DNA from: Octopus bimaculoides
Taxonomy: Eukaryota
Direction of reading: 5' to 3'
Assembly (NCBI RefSeq): GCF_001194135.2
Contig: NC_068983.1
Span: forward strand, 61,429,920-61,493,919
Length of the DNA stretch: 64,000 bases
Shown one piece after another: positions 13,885 to 25,616 of this stretch (its first letter is position 1; every line of letters starts with the position of its first letter). A program made the translations under genes and the position numbers. The notes beneath the pieces were generated by a model that worked only from the letters and a program-made list of their open reading frames with translations, was not told the DNA's origin and made no database searches.

Positions 13885-14985
13885 TGCATCAGACCATTGT
13901 TTTACAAGATAAGGAATAATTTGAAAGAGGTTTGACTGCTATTTCTAGCAGGCAAGTAACAATGTAATGTAGTTGATTGATGTAGCAGTATAAGTGTACA
14001 TTATTGGTATGGTGTAGTTCAATATTGTTGTACAGTGTAATTTATTAGTCTATTACTTAGATTTGGTGTAGGTATGGTGTTGTGAAATATAGAGTGGTGT
14101 TGTATTGATATGGCAGATAGAGATTGTTGGTATGGCATAGGGAAATACAGTGTAGTGTTTGTTTAGTCTAGTTGTTGAAGTAGCTTAATTTTGGATTGAT
14201 TCATAGAGCAAACCCATAATCAAAGAAATCAAAGGTTTTTGAGCCCTAATGATCTCGTCTTATTTCCAGCATAGTGTATCTAAGACTACATGTTCATATG
14301 TAATCCCTTTTAAAGACAGTTGAGTATGATTTGAGGGAAATTTGGCTGCTATTTCTAATAGGTTGCATGTTCACAGAGGCTCTCTTATGGTGCAGTGTAG
14401 TTCACAAGTTTTGTACCATTTAATAGTGCAGTGCTGTATAGTTTGTTACATAGCAGAGAGTAGGTCATTGGTTTGGTGCACGGGGAAATTTAACAGTGCA
14501 GGCAGAGAACAGTTTAGTAGTGATGTACTGTAGATCAGTAGCACATATTCTATATTTCAGGTATGTTGTGTTGAATAGCTTGCTAATGGAGTTTAGTGGT
14601 GTGGTGTATGAAGCATGTATTTATTTAAATTCAAATTTATTTATTTGTTTATTTATTGGTTTAGTTTGCGGGAGAGGTTTCCGTTCATGGCCTCTGTAAG
14701 ATCTCCAAAACTGATAAAATTGATGCAGTTATTGTTTCTCTTCAATAGTTGTAAGTTGATGACTATACTACTGTAATGCATACAGCAGTATAGTAGAGTG
14801 GTCTTGTGCTTTATAGAAATGTGGTGTAATGCAGTATAGTTGTGAACAATAGAGTTTATTAGTAGTGTAATGTTGTTTAGTAGCATGATGTGGTACCATT
14901 TAGTACAGCACATAGAGTGGTTGTTGTTGTTGCTGAATCCTAGGTTGATTTGGATTGAGCATATCTATGATTGATGGCATGGCTT
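13885..14985. repeat. Repeat D copies (13885-13975, 14160-14385, 14920-14985) alternating with a GT-rich degenerate minisatellite
   Basis: gatttgagggaaatttggctgctatttcta motif at about 14330. Spacers are built of tagtgtggtgtagtacag-like units. Confidence 0.75.
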
Positions 14986-15345
14986 GTCTTGGTAAGAGGT
15001 TTGCTTCCCAACTACATGGTTCTGAGTTCAGTTCCACTGCATCGTTCTTTGGGCAAGTGCCTCCTACTATACCCTCGAGTTAACCAAAGACTTGTGAATA
15101 AACAGAAACTGAAAGTTGCATGTTGTATATAGATGTGTGCATGCATGTGTGAGTGATTGTCTCCCTACCACTGCTTGACAATCAGTGTTGATGTGTTTAT
15201 GCCTTCATAACTTAGTGGTTTGGCAAAAAAGACTAAAAGTATAAGTACCAGGCTTAGAAAAAAAGTACTGGTGTCAATTTGTTTGGCAAAAATATTCTTC
15301 AAGGTGGTGGTTGAGTGTGGCTGCAGTCTAATGACTGAAGCAAGT
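14985..15345 (+). mobile_element. SINE-A, near full length
   Basis: tgagttcagttccactgcatcgttctttgggcaagtgcc...ccaccactgcttgacaatcagtgttg...gactgaagcaagtaaaa. Confidence 0.85.
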
Positions 15346-15356
15346 AAAATATATAT

Positions 15357-17265
15357 ATCATCATCATCATCATCATTTAACATCTGCTTTCCAGGCTGAC
15401 ATTAATTGAATGGTTTGACTGAAAACTGGTATGCTGGGGAGCTGCATCAAGTTCTAATCTGATTTGGCAAGGTTTCTATAGCTGGATGCCATTCCTAATG
15501 CCAACCACTCCGAGAGTGTAGTGGGTGTTTTTTACATGCCACCAGTACAGTTGCCATTGACCTGACACTGGCATCAGACACAATTACAGTTTCACTTGGC
15601 TTAACAGGTCTACACAAGCATGGTATATTGCCAAAGGTCTTGGTTACCTGTCACTACTTTGAAGAGGCCCAACACTCAAATAGTACTTTTCATGTGCCAC
15701 TGGCATGGGGGCCTGTCAGACGGCTCTGACATCATCCTCAACTACGATTTCACTTGGTTTGACAAGTCTTCACAAGCACAACATATTGCCCAACAAACAA
15801 AGGGTGCTTTTAATGGGCCAGTTGCACAACACTGGCATTGGCCATGACTATGATCTCACTTAGCTTGATGGGTCTTCTCAAGCACGGCATATTGCCAAAA
15901 GTCTCAGTCACTTGTCATTGTCTCTGTGAGGCCCAACATTCAAAGACTGTGCTTCACCACCTTGTCCCATATCTTCCTGGGTTTACCTCTTCCACAGATT
16001 CCTTCCCCTGGTAGAGTGTGACACTTCTTTACACAACTGTCCTCATCCATACGCATCACATGACCATACCAGCACAGTCATTTCTCTTGCACACCACATC
16101 AGATGCGTCTTATGTCCAACTTCTCTCTTGGGATGCTTACACTCTGTCATGCATGCACACTGACATTACACACCCAGCAAAGCATACTAGCTTCATTTCT
16201 TACAAGCCTATGTATGTCCTTGGTGGTCACAGCCCATGTTTCACTACTGTGTAGCATGGCTGTTTGCATACAGGCATCACACAGTCTACCTTTCACTCTG
16301 AGCAAGAGGCCTTTTGTTACCATCAGAGGTAGGAGCTCTCTGAACTTTGTCCAGCCTATTCTTATTCTAGCAGCTACGCTCTCGGAGCATCCACCTCTAC
16401 CACTGACATGGTCATCTTGGTAACGGAAGCTATTGACTACTTCTAGTTTTCCTCCCTGGCATGTGATGGAATCTATTTTTTGTACATTTTTAGTGTTAAT
16501 TGTACCTGTGAACCTTCCACACACAAAAACTGTCTTCCCTGTTAACCTTCCTCTGATATTGCTGCATTTCTTATGTGTCCATAGCTTACACTGGGTACAT
16601 CTTATGGAGTTTCTACCTACACCTTTCCTACAGATTGAGCAGGACCATCTACCTGAAGGGATTTGTGATTTGTCTGCCTTCCAACTTACTATGACTTTGG
16701 TTTTTGCTAGACCTTACTTTCACACCAGAAACTTCTTCTCTAATTCTGGTAGTGATTCAGCTATAAGAACAAGGTCATCAGTGTAGAGGAGCTCCCTGAG
16801 GTAGCCTGTCTTGAATTCCTGTTATTGCCTGGAGGATTATGATGAACAAGAGTGAGGCTGAGGACTGATCGTTAGTGAACCCCTACTTGTACCTTGAATT
16901 CTTCACTATACTTGTTGCTAACCCTCACTTATTGTCCCTGTACATGGCTTGTACAGCTCTCACCAGCCACTAGTTTTCAACTATCCCTAGTTTTCGTATT
17001 GACCACCAGATAAGGGATCGGGGGACCCTGTCAAAAGCTTTCTCCCTGACAACAAAAGCCAAGTATAGAGGTTTATCTTTGACTAGTTATTTCTCCTGCA
17101 GCTGTCTTCCCAAAAATACATCAGTGGTACTTCTCTCTGGCACAAAACCAAACTGCATCTCATCTAAAGTAACTCTCTCCCTAACTAGTTGGGCTATGAC
17201 CCTCCCCATTACTTTCATCACCTGATCCAACAATTTGATACCTTTGTAATTATTTCTCTCTTAGG
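15357..17265 (-). mobile_element. 5'-truncated RTE LINE: decayed RT, C-terminus, modular 3'UTR and (GAT)n tail
   Basis: Minus strand encodes NYKGIKLLDQVMKVM...MQFGFVPERSTTD...KAFDRVP...LYTDDLVLIAES and ORF 16147-16524 (VNSFRY...AARIRIGWTKFRELLPL...MLHSSETW). Ends ttaaatgatgatgatg. Confidence 0.95.
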
Positions 17266-17344
17266 TGTTTCACACACACACATACATACACACACGTACA
17301 TGCACACACACACACATATACATATATATTGTCTAACATAACCT

Positions 17345-17975
17345 CTAAGAAGGCAAAATATGATTTGAGGGACATTTGGCTGCTATTTCTTGCAATTTCT
17401 TGCAAGTTCATTCATATGGTATAATGTTGTTTAGCCTCAGGGTAAGATGTGATTTGAGGGAGATGTAGTGGCTATTTCTAGTAAGTTCTTTTGAGTGGTA
17501 TGTTGTTCTTGTTTAAATCAGGTCAACTATACTGAAACAAACCTAAGATAAAATACATTCCCACTATGACCTTCTTGTTTTTTATAGGTACCTTGGACTA
17601 CAGTATTTAATGTGTCATTCACCTTTTTAAGACAGTGGCATGTAATTTGAGGGAGATTTGGTTGCTATTTTTGCAGGTCAAGTAGCCAAGAAAATATTCC
17701 TTCATGCAGAATATTTACATGGCTACAGGTTTGTAGAGTTGAATTGTATATTTTAACATTGTGATGTGATATAGATTAGCAGTTGTTGTTTAGCCTCAAG
17801 TTAACCCAGATTAAAGCATTTCAGCCATGATTATCTCATCTTATATTCAGGCAAAAAAGAATCTAAAACTATATTATCCAATATACCCACTTTTAAGATT
17901 GGTGAGTGTGATCCAAAAGATATTTGGCTGTTATTTCTAGCAGGTTAAGGGACTTATGAGGAGGATCCCTTATTA
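17345..17975 (-). mobile_element. Head-to-tail array of four repeat D copies (one internally deleted)
   Basis: The gatttgaggga(c/g)atttgg(c/t)tgctattt motif recurs at about 17362, 17451, 17645 and 17910. Confidence 0.8.
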
Positions 17976-17989
17976 ATTCATGATACAGA

Positions 17990-19340
17990 TTAGTAATGTG
18001 GTATGGATTAATCCAGTAGTGTGGAATGGTACAAGTTGGTAGTACAGAAAAGTTTAATAGTGTAGTACAGTGTAGTTTAGTTGTGGGGCATACAAGTTTG
18101 TAGAGTGCTGTGGTGTAGTTTAGGAGTCTGGTGTCATGCAGTTTTGTAGTATGATGTGGCCTAGCTTAGTAGTATGGTGTGGTACATGTTGGTTGGCAGT
18201 GTGCCACAGTCTAGAGTAGAAGTGTTGTGTTCTATAGTTAAGTTATGTGGTATGATACAGTTTAGTGAGGTAGCGTGGTACATGGTTCCAAGGTTGCTAG
18301 GCCAAGAGGTAGGGTGGTAGTGGAGATGAACTCTTACTATTTAAAGAATATTCCTTGCAGTATGTGTCCGAAATAGCCTCTGGCTATCAAGTCCAACTCT
18401 TAGCTTTCTCATGTCGCTTAACATATAAGCCATGCGGAATTGTCTCTACTGATAGGAGAAGGAGTGTAGGTAAGTTCTGACACCTTCAAACCAGTGCTCC
18501 AGAGAAATGGAACTCATCAGCCTTGGAGGAAGTCTATCTAAGAGAAGGTAATCTGACTTTAAATCTCTGCTGTCTTATGGTTATGCCTACTTAAGGGGGA
18601 AAGGCTTCAGGAGTAAACCACAAGAGTAAATCTGGAGCCAGAGGCCCCAAGGCTGTTTGACAATGTACCCAACTCTGTTCTAGCAACTCCAGCAACCTCA
18701 CTGTGCCAAGTCATACTGGTCTCTGTCCTTGTCTTGGACAGCACTGGTAGCACAGGAGAAAGGAACATACTGCATGGGCAACTGCTGATCTCACATAAAA
18801 CCCTGCCCAGGCCTATCCCCTGGAGAGGACACTCTAGAGTCATCTGACCATGGTAGCAAAACAACGAAAGTAGTAGTCTACTGGTAGCACATAAGTTTAT
18901 AGTTCAGTGTGGTACAGTTTAGTAGAAGTGGAATGTTTATAGTTTAGTAATGTGGTGTGATGTGATACATACAGGCTAGTATGTTGTGGTATACACTGGT
19001 TTGTAGTGTGGTTGGTTCAGACAAGTTTATAGTTTGTTATGGTGTATACAGATTTGTAATGTGGTATGGTACTATTTAGTAATATTGTGTGGTATATACA
19101 GTTTAGTAGTGCTGTGTGATATAGTTTAATGTGATGTGGTACATATAGGTTTATAGTATGTTGTGGTACAGACAGTTTATGGCATAATTTGGTACATTTT
19201 AGAAGTGTGGTGTGGTATATACAAGTTTGTAGTGTGTTATGATGGTTTGTAGTGTGTTATGATGGTTTGTAGTGTGTTATGATGGTTTATAGTATACTTA
19301 GTTAAGTGCTGTGTTATAATGTAAGAGTGTTAATACAGTT
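17990..19340. repeat. GT-rich degenerate minisatellite (unit about 20-25 bp), interrupted at 18280-18860
   Basis: Units resemble tttagtagtgtggtgtggtacag. It includes three perfect copies of gtttgtagtgtgttatgatg at 19225-19284. Confidence 0.85.
18280..18860 (+). mobile_element. Probable RTE-clade LINE 5'UTR fragment
   Basis: Higher-GC non-coding insert with agaaggtaatctgactttaaatctc, ctagcaactccagcaacctcac and taaaaccctgccc segments, which resemble RTE 5' ends from memory. Confidence 0.45.
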
Positions 19341-19690
19341 TGCTGGGTTGCTGTGTATATTGTAATATTATTGGTTTATTGAACGTTTTTAATAAAAGCA
19401 TTTTCTAATAGTTTGAATATTAGTTTATGCTACAAGGCCATAACTTTCCCTAATACTTTAATATATTGCAATGTTGTCAAGTATAGGGTAGTATTCTGAA
19501 CAGTTCTAATAATGACATATTTCAAATGAAGACAGCCACTGTATTAAAACAATATTGCTGTTTCTTCGGTTTCAAATTGTTTCATTCGTTACCATAGATA
19601 CCAGGTTGACTGGCTACATAGAGTCAGGAACTTTTGTAAAACCACAAATGAATTGCTAGTACTTAAGAATCTATGAGGAGTGGTGGAACG

Positions 19691-19694
<4 letters not shown>

Positions 19695-19770
<76 letters not shown>

Positions 19771-19810
19771 TGTCATTATTAAATGTCTGTTTTCCATGCT
19801 GACATGGGTT
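19695..19810 (-). mobile_element. RTE-type tail with long (ATC)n microsatellite
   Basis: (atc)n followed by aaatgtctgttttccatgctgacatgggtt. Confidence 0.75.
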
Positions 19811-19829
19811 ATGATAAGAAAATTGATAG

Positions 19830-20311
19830 GTGCTGGTGTGGCTGTGTGGTAAGAAACTTGCTTCCCAACCACATGGTTCTGGGTTCAGCTCAACTGTGTG
19901 GTACCCTGAGCAAGTGTCTTTTACTATAGCCTCAGGCCAACCAAAGCATTGTGAGTGGATTTGGTAGATGGAAACTGAAAAGAAGTCTGGCGTGTATATA
20001 TATATATATATATACATAATTATATATTTGAACTATTTATTTGAACTTTTTATTGTGGTTTAGAGTCAAGATTTGGCTGCTATTTTCAGCATGGCGGTAT
20101 CTCTTAGATACCCTAAATTATAATTTTAAATAATTGTTACCTTTGATGGTTTTTATTCCCATGCTGGCCACTTGATAAAATTGATATTTAAATATCGATC
20201 TTATCCTTATATATATATATATACATATATACATATAAATATGTATATATCTATGCATGCGTGTCTTTGTGTCTGTGTTTGTCCCCCACCACTGCTTGAC
20301 AACCGGTGTTG

Positions 20312-20347
<36 letters not shown>

Positions 20348-20515
20348 CCCTGTGACTCAGCAGTTTGGCAAAAGATATCGATAGAATAAGTACCAGGCTT
20401 TAAAAAATTTAAGTACCGGGGTCAATTCATTCTACTAAAATTGTTCAAAGTGGTTCCCCAGCATGGCCACAGTCTGGTAATGACTGAAACAAGTAAAAGG
20501 TAAAAGATAAAAGAT
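19830..20515 (+). mobile_element. SINE-A split at its (TA)n: 5' half 19830-20015, 3' half 20250-20515
   Basis: Head gggttcagctcaactgtgtggtaccctgagcaagtgtc, and 3' half tttgtcccccaccactgcttgacaaccggtgttgg...aaaagataaaagat. Confidence 0.8.
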
Positions 20516-20714
20516 AAACTTAATTTTTCAAATTCATAAGTATGAAGTATATTAAATTACTGCTTTGATATTAAGGCTTTAATCTGTTGTTTTTATTTTC
20601 TTTTCCACATGGATTTTCGAGATCTTTATCAGTGGGTGGTTTCAAACTAAAATGCAAGCAAGTTTCACTCGCAGGTAAAGGCTTTCTGACCTATGAAATA
20701 TTCTTCATCTCAGT

Positions 20715-20900
20715 GGCTGCTGTTGTTGTTGCTTAACCCTAGGTCAATTTTGTTTGAACAAACCTACGACCAGAAGCATTCCATTTGTGACAACTCTGTC
20801 TTTATTCAAACAAACATGGTATATTTAGAGCAACAATATTGTCATTCCATTATGAGATGCTTGAGGATGATTAGAGAGAAATTTGGTTGCTAGTTTTAAC
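20715..20900 (-). mobile_element. Repeat D copy
   Basis: gttgttgttgcttaaccctaggtc...gaagcattcc...gattagagagaaatttggttgctag. Confidence 0.7.
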
Positions 20901-20979
20901 ATGTTGAATAACAGTATTTAGACATTTTCGTTGATTTGATGCAGTTTTTAGTTGTGCTAATATTCATATTGTTGTAATT

Positions 20980-21200
20980 AAGGATGATGGATTGGAAAAA
21001 TTGTTAGAGCATTGGATAAACTGCCTTGCAGTATTTGTTCCAGCTCTGTAAGTTTTGAGTTCAAATCCACCTGAGATTTACTTTGCCTTTCATTCATCCA
21101 GGGTTCATAAAATTAAGTACAAATAAAGTACTAGGGTTAAATGATCAACTTTTTCCTCACTACAAAATTTCTAATTTTGTGTCTACACGAGAAATTATTA
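20980..21200 (+). mobile_element. SINE-B, diverged
   Basis: gagttcaaatcc...tttgcctttcattcatccagggttcataaaattaagtac. Confidence 0.75.
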
Positions 21201-22264
21201 TTGTTGCTACTGCTGATTTTGTTGATGGTGCTGTTGTTATCGTTGTTTAGCCATAGGTCAATTCTGACTGGGTAGATACATGATCAAAAGCATTCCAGCC
21301 ATAACTATCCTATTTTCTATTTCAGATACAGTGTATTTAGGACTACATAATCAGGTAGATGCATAGAGGCTATTTTTTTTTTTTTGATAATGTAAGTGGT
21401 AGTGTTTTTAGAATTATTAGTGTTGCTATTGTTGTTTAATAAACCTGGGTCAGCTTGACCATATCAAGCATTGAAGTAGCGAGTTAAATGGAGCATTCAT
21501 TTAATACATTTAATTAGTTGCTGTAGGCATTCTATATTTCTTGTGGGTGGGTCATGCTGCTCTAATATTCAAGTCTTGAAACGTGTCAACATTTGGCTAT
21601 GGTGAGCTTGTCAGAAAGCTATTTATTTATTTATTAGTCCACTTTGGAGAAAGAACTCTATCTATGACACTCTAAAACCAATGAGCTTGACAGTGAATTC
21701 TGATGAATTTTGAATCAAGAAGCTATCTTACTGGTTTATGTTTTATATTTGCTCTATATGTGAGTGTGAGTATGTGAATGTATATATGTGTATTTATTTG
21801 TGCATGTTTGTGTGCTGTGCATACATGTGTCAATCCTTTTCTGTCTGCAAATTTGTGCTATGTAGTTAAATAAATATTAGCCAAAAAATAATCTATATTT
21901 CATTGCCTGCACTACTAAATTGCTAATTATGTTTATTTTATTCAGGCTTAATCTAAGTTAATGTGTTATCATTTAGAATAACTTTGACATACTTATGTCC
22001 TACTTGTGTAATGATTGACAAATTTAACTAGGAGTTAAGGAGTTTTACAGATAATTAATTTAACAAATAGCACCTAATCACTGTTGAATGGCTATCAGCA
22101 TAATTGGTATCTTGATGTTAAAAGATTTGCATCAACATTATGCAACTATATACTTTTGCAAAAATCTTCTACTCTAGTATGAAAAATGAAAATAATACAG
22201 TTAAAAAAAAAGATCAAAGAATATTAACAAAAAAGTTTTGGGGCCAAGGAGAGAGAGCATGTAT

Positions 22265-22440
22265 TTGGTTGTTTGACTTGTTAGAAATAGTAACCAAATC
22301 TCTGTCAAATTACAGTTTGCTGTCTTAAAAACAGAAGGATATAATGAATAATGCAGTCCTAGATATGATTAAAAATAATCTGGTGACAACTGGAATACTT
22401 TTGACCTGGTGGACCAAGAAAAAACACAAGCTGGATATTG
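22265..22440 (+). mobile_element. Repeat D copy in the opposite orientation
   Basis: gacttgttagaaatagtaaccaaatctctgtcaaattac is the reverse complement of the diagnostic motif. Confidence 0.7.
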
Positions 22441-23388
22441 GTTGGAGAATAATATTTAATCTGTTCAGAAACTGAATAATGAGTGGTGAAAATGATTACC
22501 ATTTTGGTAACTTTTACATACACTTTTGGCAGTAAAACACTCTTCATGTTGGTTTGGAATAAGGTGCCTCTGAGTAGCAATTTTGTTATTGATCAACTCC
22601 TTTCTCGCCAGAGGAATGTAAAGTGATACTCAATTTCATCATATTCAGTTCATTCTCCAAGAAGGAAAGGTTCTTTGTCATGAACTGTCTCAATTTTTCT
22701 TTTTAAACTGGTTTTAAAAGTCAAATTAGAATTTGTGAAAGGTAAAACATATTTTAATTGAAACAATGTTAGAAAGTTGTACATATCTTTATCAGAGGGA
22801 AAAGTAGCAAAACAAGATGAGGAGAAATGATATTCGGCTTAAAAAATAAAAACCAGAATAGTCAAAAACCTGTGGATTCCAGAAAAAAAAAAAAAAAAAA
22901 AAAAAAAAAAGAAATCCAGTGAAGTTTTGACTTGGCATGGTTTGAGTAATCATTAAAATTAGATAAATCATTAAAATGTCATGAGCAAAATGTCATCCAG
23001 AAGATCAAGTGAAGTTTTGATTCAACAAAATTTTTGCATCATAAATTTTATTTATGCAAGTAAAGAATTATCAATATTATCTCGTTTCCTTTTTTTATAG
23101 GGTCTTCAATTTGTGATTTTACTTTAGGCTGAAGGCCCAGAGACCCCTTGTGGAAGCTTAACTAAAAGTCTACCTGAATGGCAGCTTTTTGGCTAATGAT
23201 AAATAACACCCATGCCAGCAAGGAAAACAAACGTTAAACAAAGATGATGATGAGTAATACACTACAGGTAGTCAAATCAACTATACCATTCTCTTTAAAA
23301 ATCAGGCTTTGTACCTAAGAAACCATGAGTACTTTAAATTTTGAATGAATTTGAATTCCATTTTAAAAGTTTATTATTATTATTGTTA

Positions 23389-23602
23389 AGGTGGTAAACT
23401 GGCAGAATTGTTAGCATGCCGGGTGAAATGCTTAGCGGTATTTCACCCGTCACTACGTTCTGAGTTCAAATTCTGCCAAGGTTGACTTTGCCTTTCATCC
23501 TTTCAGGGTTGGTAAAATAACTGCCAGTGAAACACTGTGGTCGATGTAATCGACTAGTCCCCTCCCCCAAAATTTCAGGCCTTGTGCCTATTATAGAAAG
23601 GA
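23389..23602 (+). mobile_element. SINE-B, full length
   Basis: A-box-like tggcagaattgttagc, B box gagttcaaattc, Meta-like ctttgcctttcatcctttcagggttggtaaaataa, and 3' aggccttgtgcctattatagaaagga. Confidence 0.9.
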
Positions 23603-24004
23603 CCTCAGACAGACAATACACAATCTGCATGCAGTTCCAAGTAAAGCCGATTTTTGCTATTCACCTAGAGAGTAGGGTATTTCTAAAGTTTCCAGATGTT
23701 TCTTCAGGTTGAGTGGTATTGCATCCAATGTTCAAATGACATCATCATCGTCGTCGTCGTCAACATCATCATCATCATCATTATTATTATTAAGTATTGG
23801 GATCTAATAACTGCATAGTACTCAGTTGTTTTCCTTTTGTGTTATAAGAACAATTTCTGGTGGTTTCATTGTTATTATAGTCCATAAACATGGTAAGGTT
23901 CCAAAGTGTCCTAAATATGAATAGCATCTCAGAGATGATTTACAAACACTGCTTTGATGTTTTCAGAATTTTGGTGAGTTTGTTGCAGTAATCATGAAAG
24001 AAGG

Positions 24005-24370
24005 AATGATAGGGTATGATTTGAGGGAGATTTGGATGTTATTTCTAACAGAGCAAAAAACCACATAGACGATTCCTCATTGGTTCATGCAAACTATATG
24101 TTATTTTTCAGTTCAGGTCATCTAGGATCATTTCCAACTGACCTGTATAATCAAATGCATTTCAACTTTGACTGATTCATCTTTTTCAGCAGAGCTACTT
24201 TTATTTCTGTTGCCAAGACAGAAGGGTATGTTTTGAGATGGATTCAGATGTTGTTTCTAGTGAATCAAATAAATATGTAGAAGTTTGCTTGTTAGCTCAT
24301 GACATTATTGTTGTTGTTCTGATCTAGCAAATCTATTATGAAAGACATTTTAGCCATCAGTATCCTATTT
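24005..24370 (-). mobile_element. Tandem repeat D copies (24005-24085, 24100-24290, 24308-24370)
   Basis: agggtatgatttgagggagatttggatg at about 24011 and agggtatgttttgagatggattcagatg at about 24224. Confidence 0.7.
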
Positions 24371-24469
24371 TATTTAAGATGCCTTTTATAAATAAGATAT
24401 AGTTGTACTGAGACTGCATTATTCAATACTAACAGAAATACTTCCCACCTGAGGGTGGTATTTCTGCTA

Positions 24470-24532
<63 letters not shown>

Positions 24533-24865
24533 TTAATAATAATGCTAGCAATCCTTTCTCCTATAGACACAAAACCTGAAATTTGATGGGAAGGGGGTCT
24601 AGTTGATTACGCTGAGCCCAGTGCTCAACTGGTACCTATTTTATCAACCCTGAAAGGATGAAAGATAAAGACAACCTCAGCAGAATTTAAACTTAAGAAA
24701 TATAATGATGGAAGAAATCCTGCAAAGCCTTTTGTCTCTTGTGCTAATGATTCTGCCAGCTCACTACCTTAATAATTCTTTCTATTATAGGAACAAGGTC
24801 TGAAATTTTGGATGAGTGTTTGACTGGTACTTCAGCATTCTGCCAGCTCACTGCCTTTCACTGCC
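24470..24865 (-). mobile_element. SINE-B with (TAA)n tail, plus a second fragment
   Basis: ttttatcaaccctgaaaggatgaaag...gattctgccagctcactacctt, with (aat)n at 24470-24540. Confidence 0.85.
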
Positions 24866-25616
24866 TCAATAATAATCCCAGTTTTTAGTAATAACTGCCC
24901 AACAAAGTGTAACACATGGTAACTTACAGAGTGACAAGCAACATTATAAGATGTTCTTTCTTTTCATATAAGGTATTAGACTGTAATGTGAGGGAGATTT
25001 GGCTGCAGTTCCTAGCAGGTCAAACGACCCTGGCTAGTAAGCTACATGTTGAATATTAAGGTCAATGGCAATCAGTATAAAGCAAAAGATTCGCTTCCAA
25101 ACACATGAAAGTATAATATCAATTTCCATTTGATGTCATTTTGCTTATGTTTACTAATATCTTTGGGAAATGCTTACATATCACAAACCCTTTTCTTCTC
25201 TAGTGCTCAGTCAAGTGGAACCATGGTAGAAATGATATCGGTTTTGGAACGTATCTATTTCAAGTTGTTTTTAGTAGGCCTATGATAATTTATTGATGAG
25301 TGCTAACGGTATTGATCCTTGAACTAACAAACAACTACATAAATCAATTTTTAAAGTGGAAACATTTGCATTTATATATATAAAAAATACACTAAAATAA
25401 ATAAACTGGAATCAATGTAGATAAATGCAACAATGTAAATATTGTGCTGTCATTAGATTACATTGAGGTTGCATATTGATTCATGTGGAACAAATTTTAG
25501 ATTCATTTCAAACAAATACAGGCAAACACAGATAATGAATGGGGAATAGATATCTAGAAACATTACTCCAATATTGGTTGCAGTTGTCAAATTGCTTAGT
25601 TTTAATTTATATTTAA

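Noticed and set aside
13975-19340. Repeat-spacer alternation as a CRISPR-like array
   Set aside because: The context is eukaryotic, the units are degenerate retroposon pieces of variable length, and there are no cas genes.
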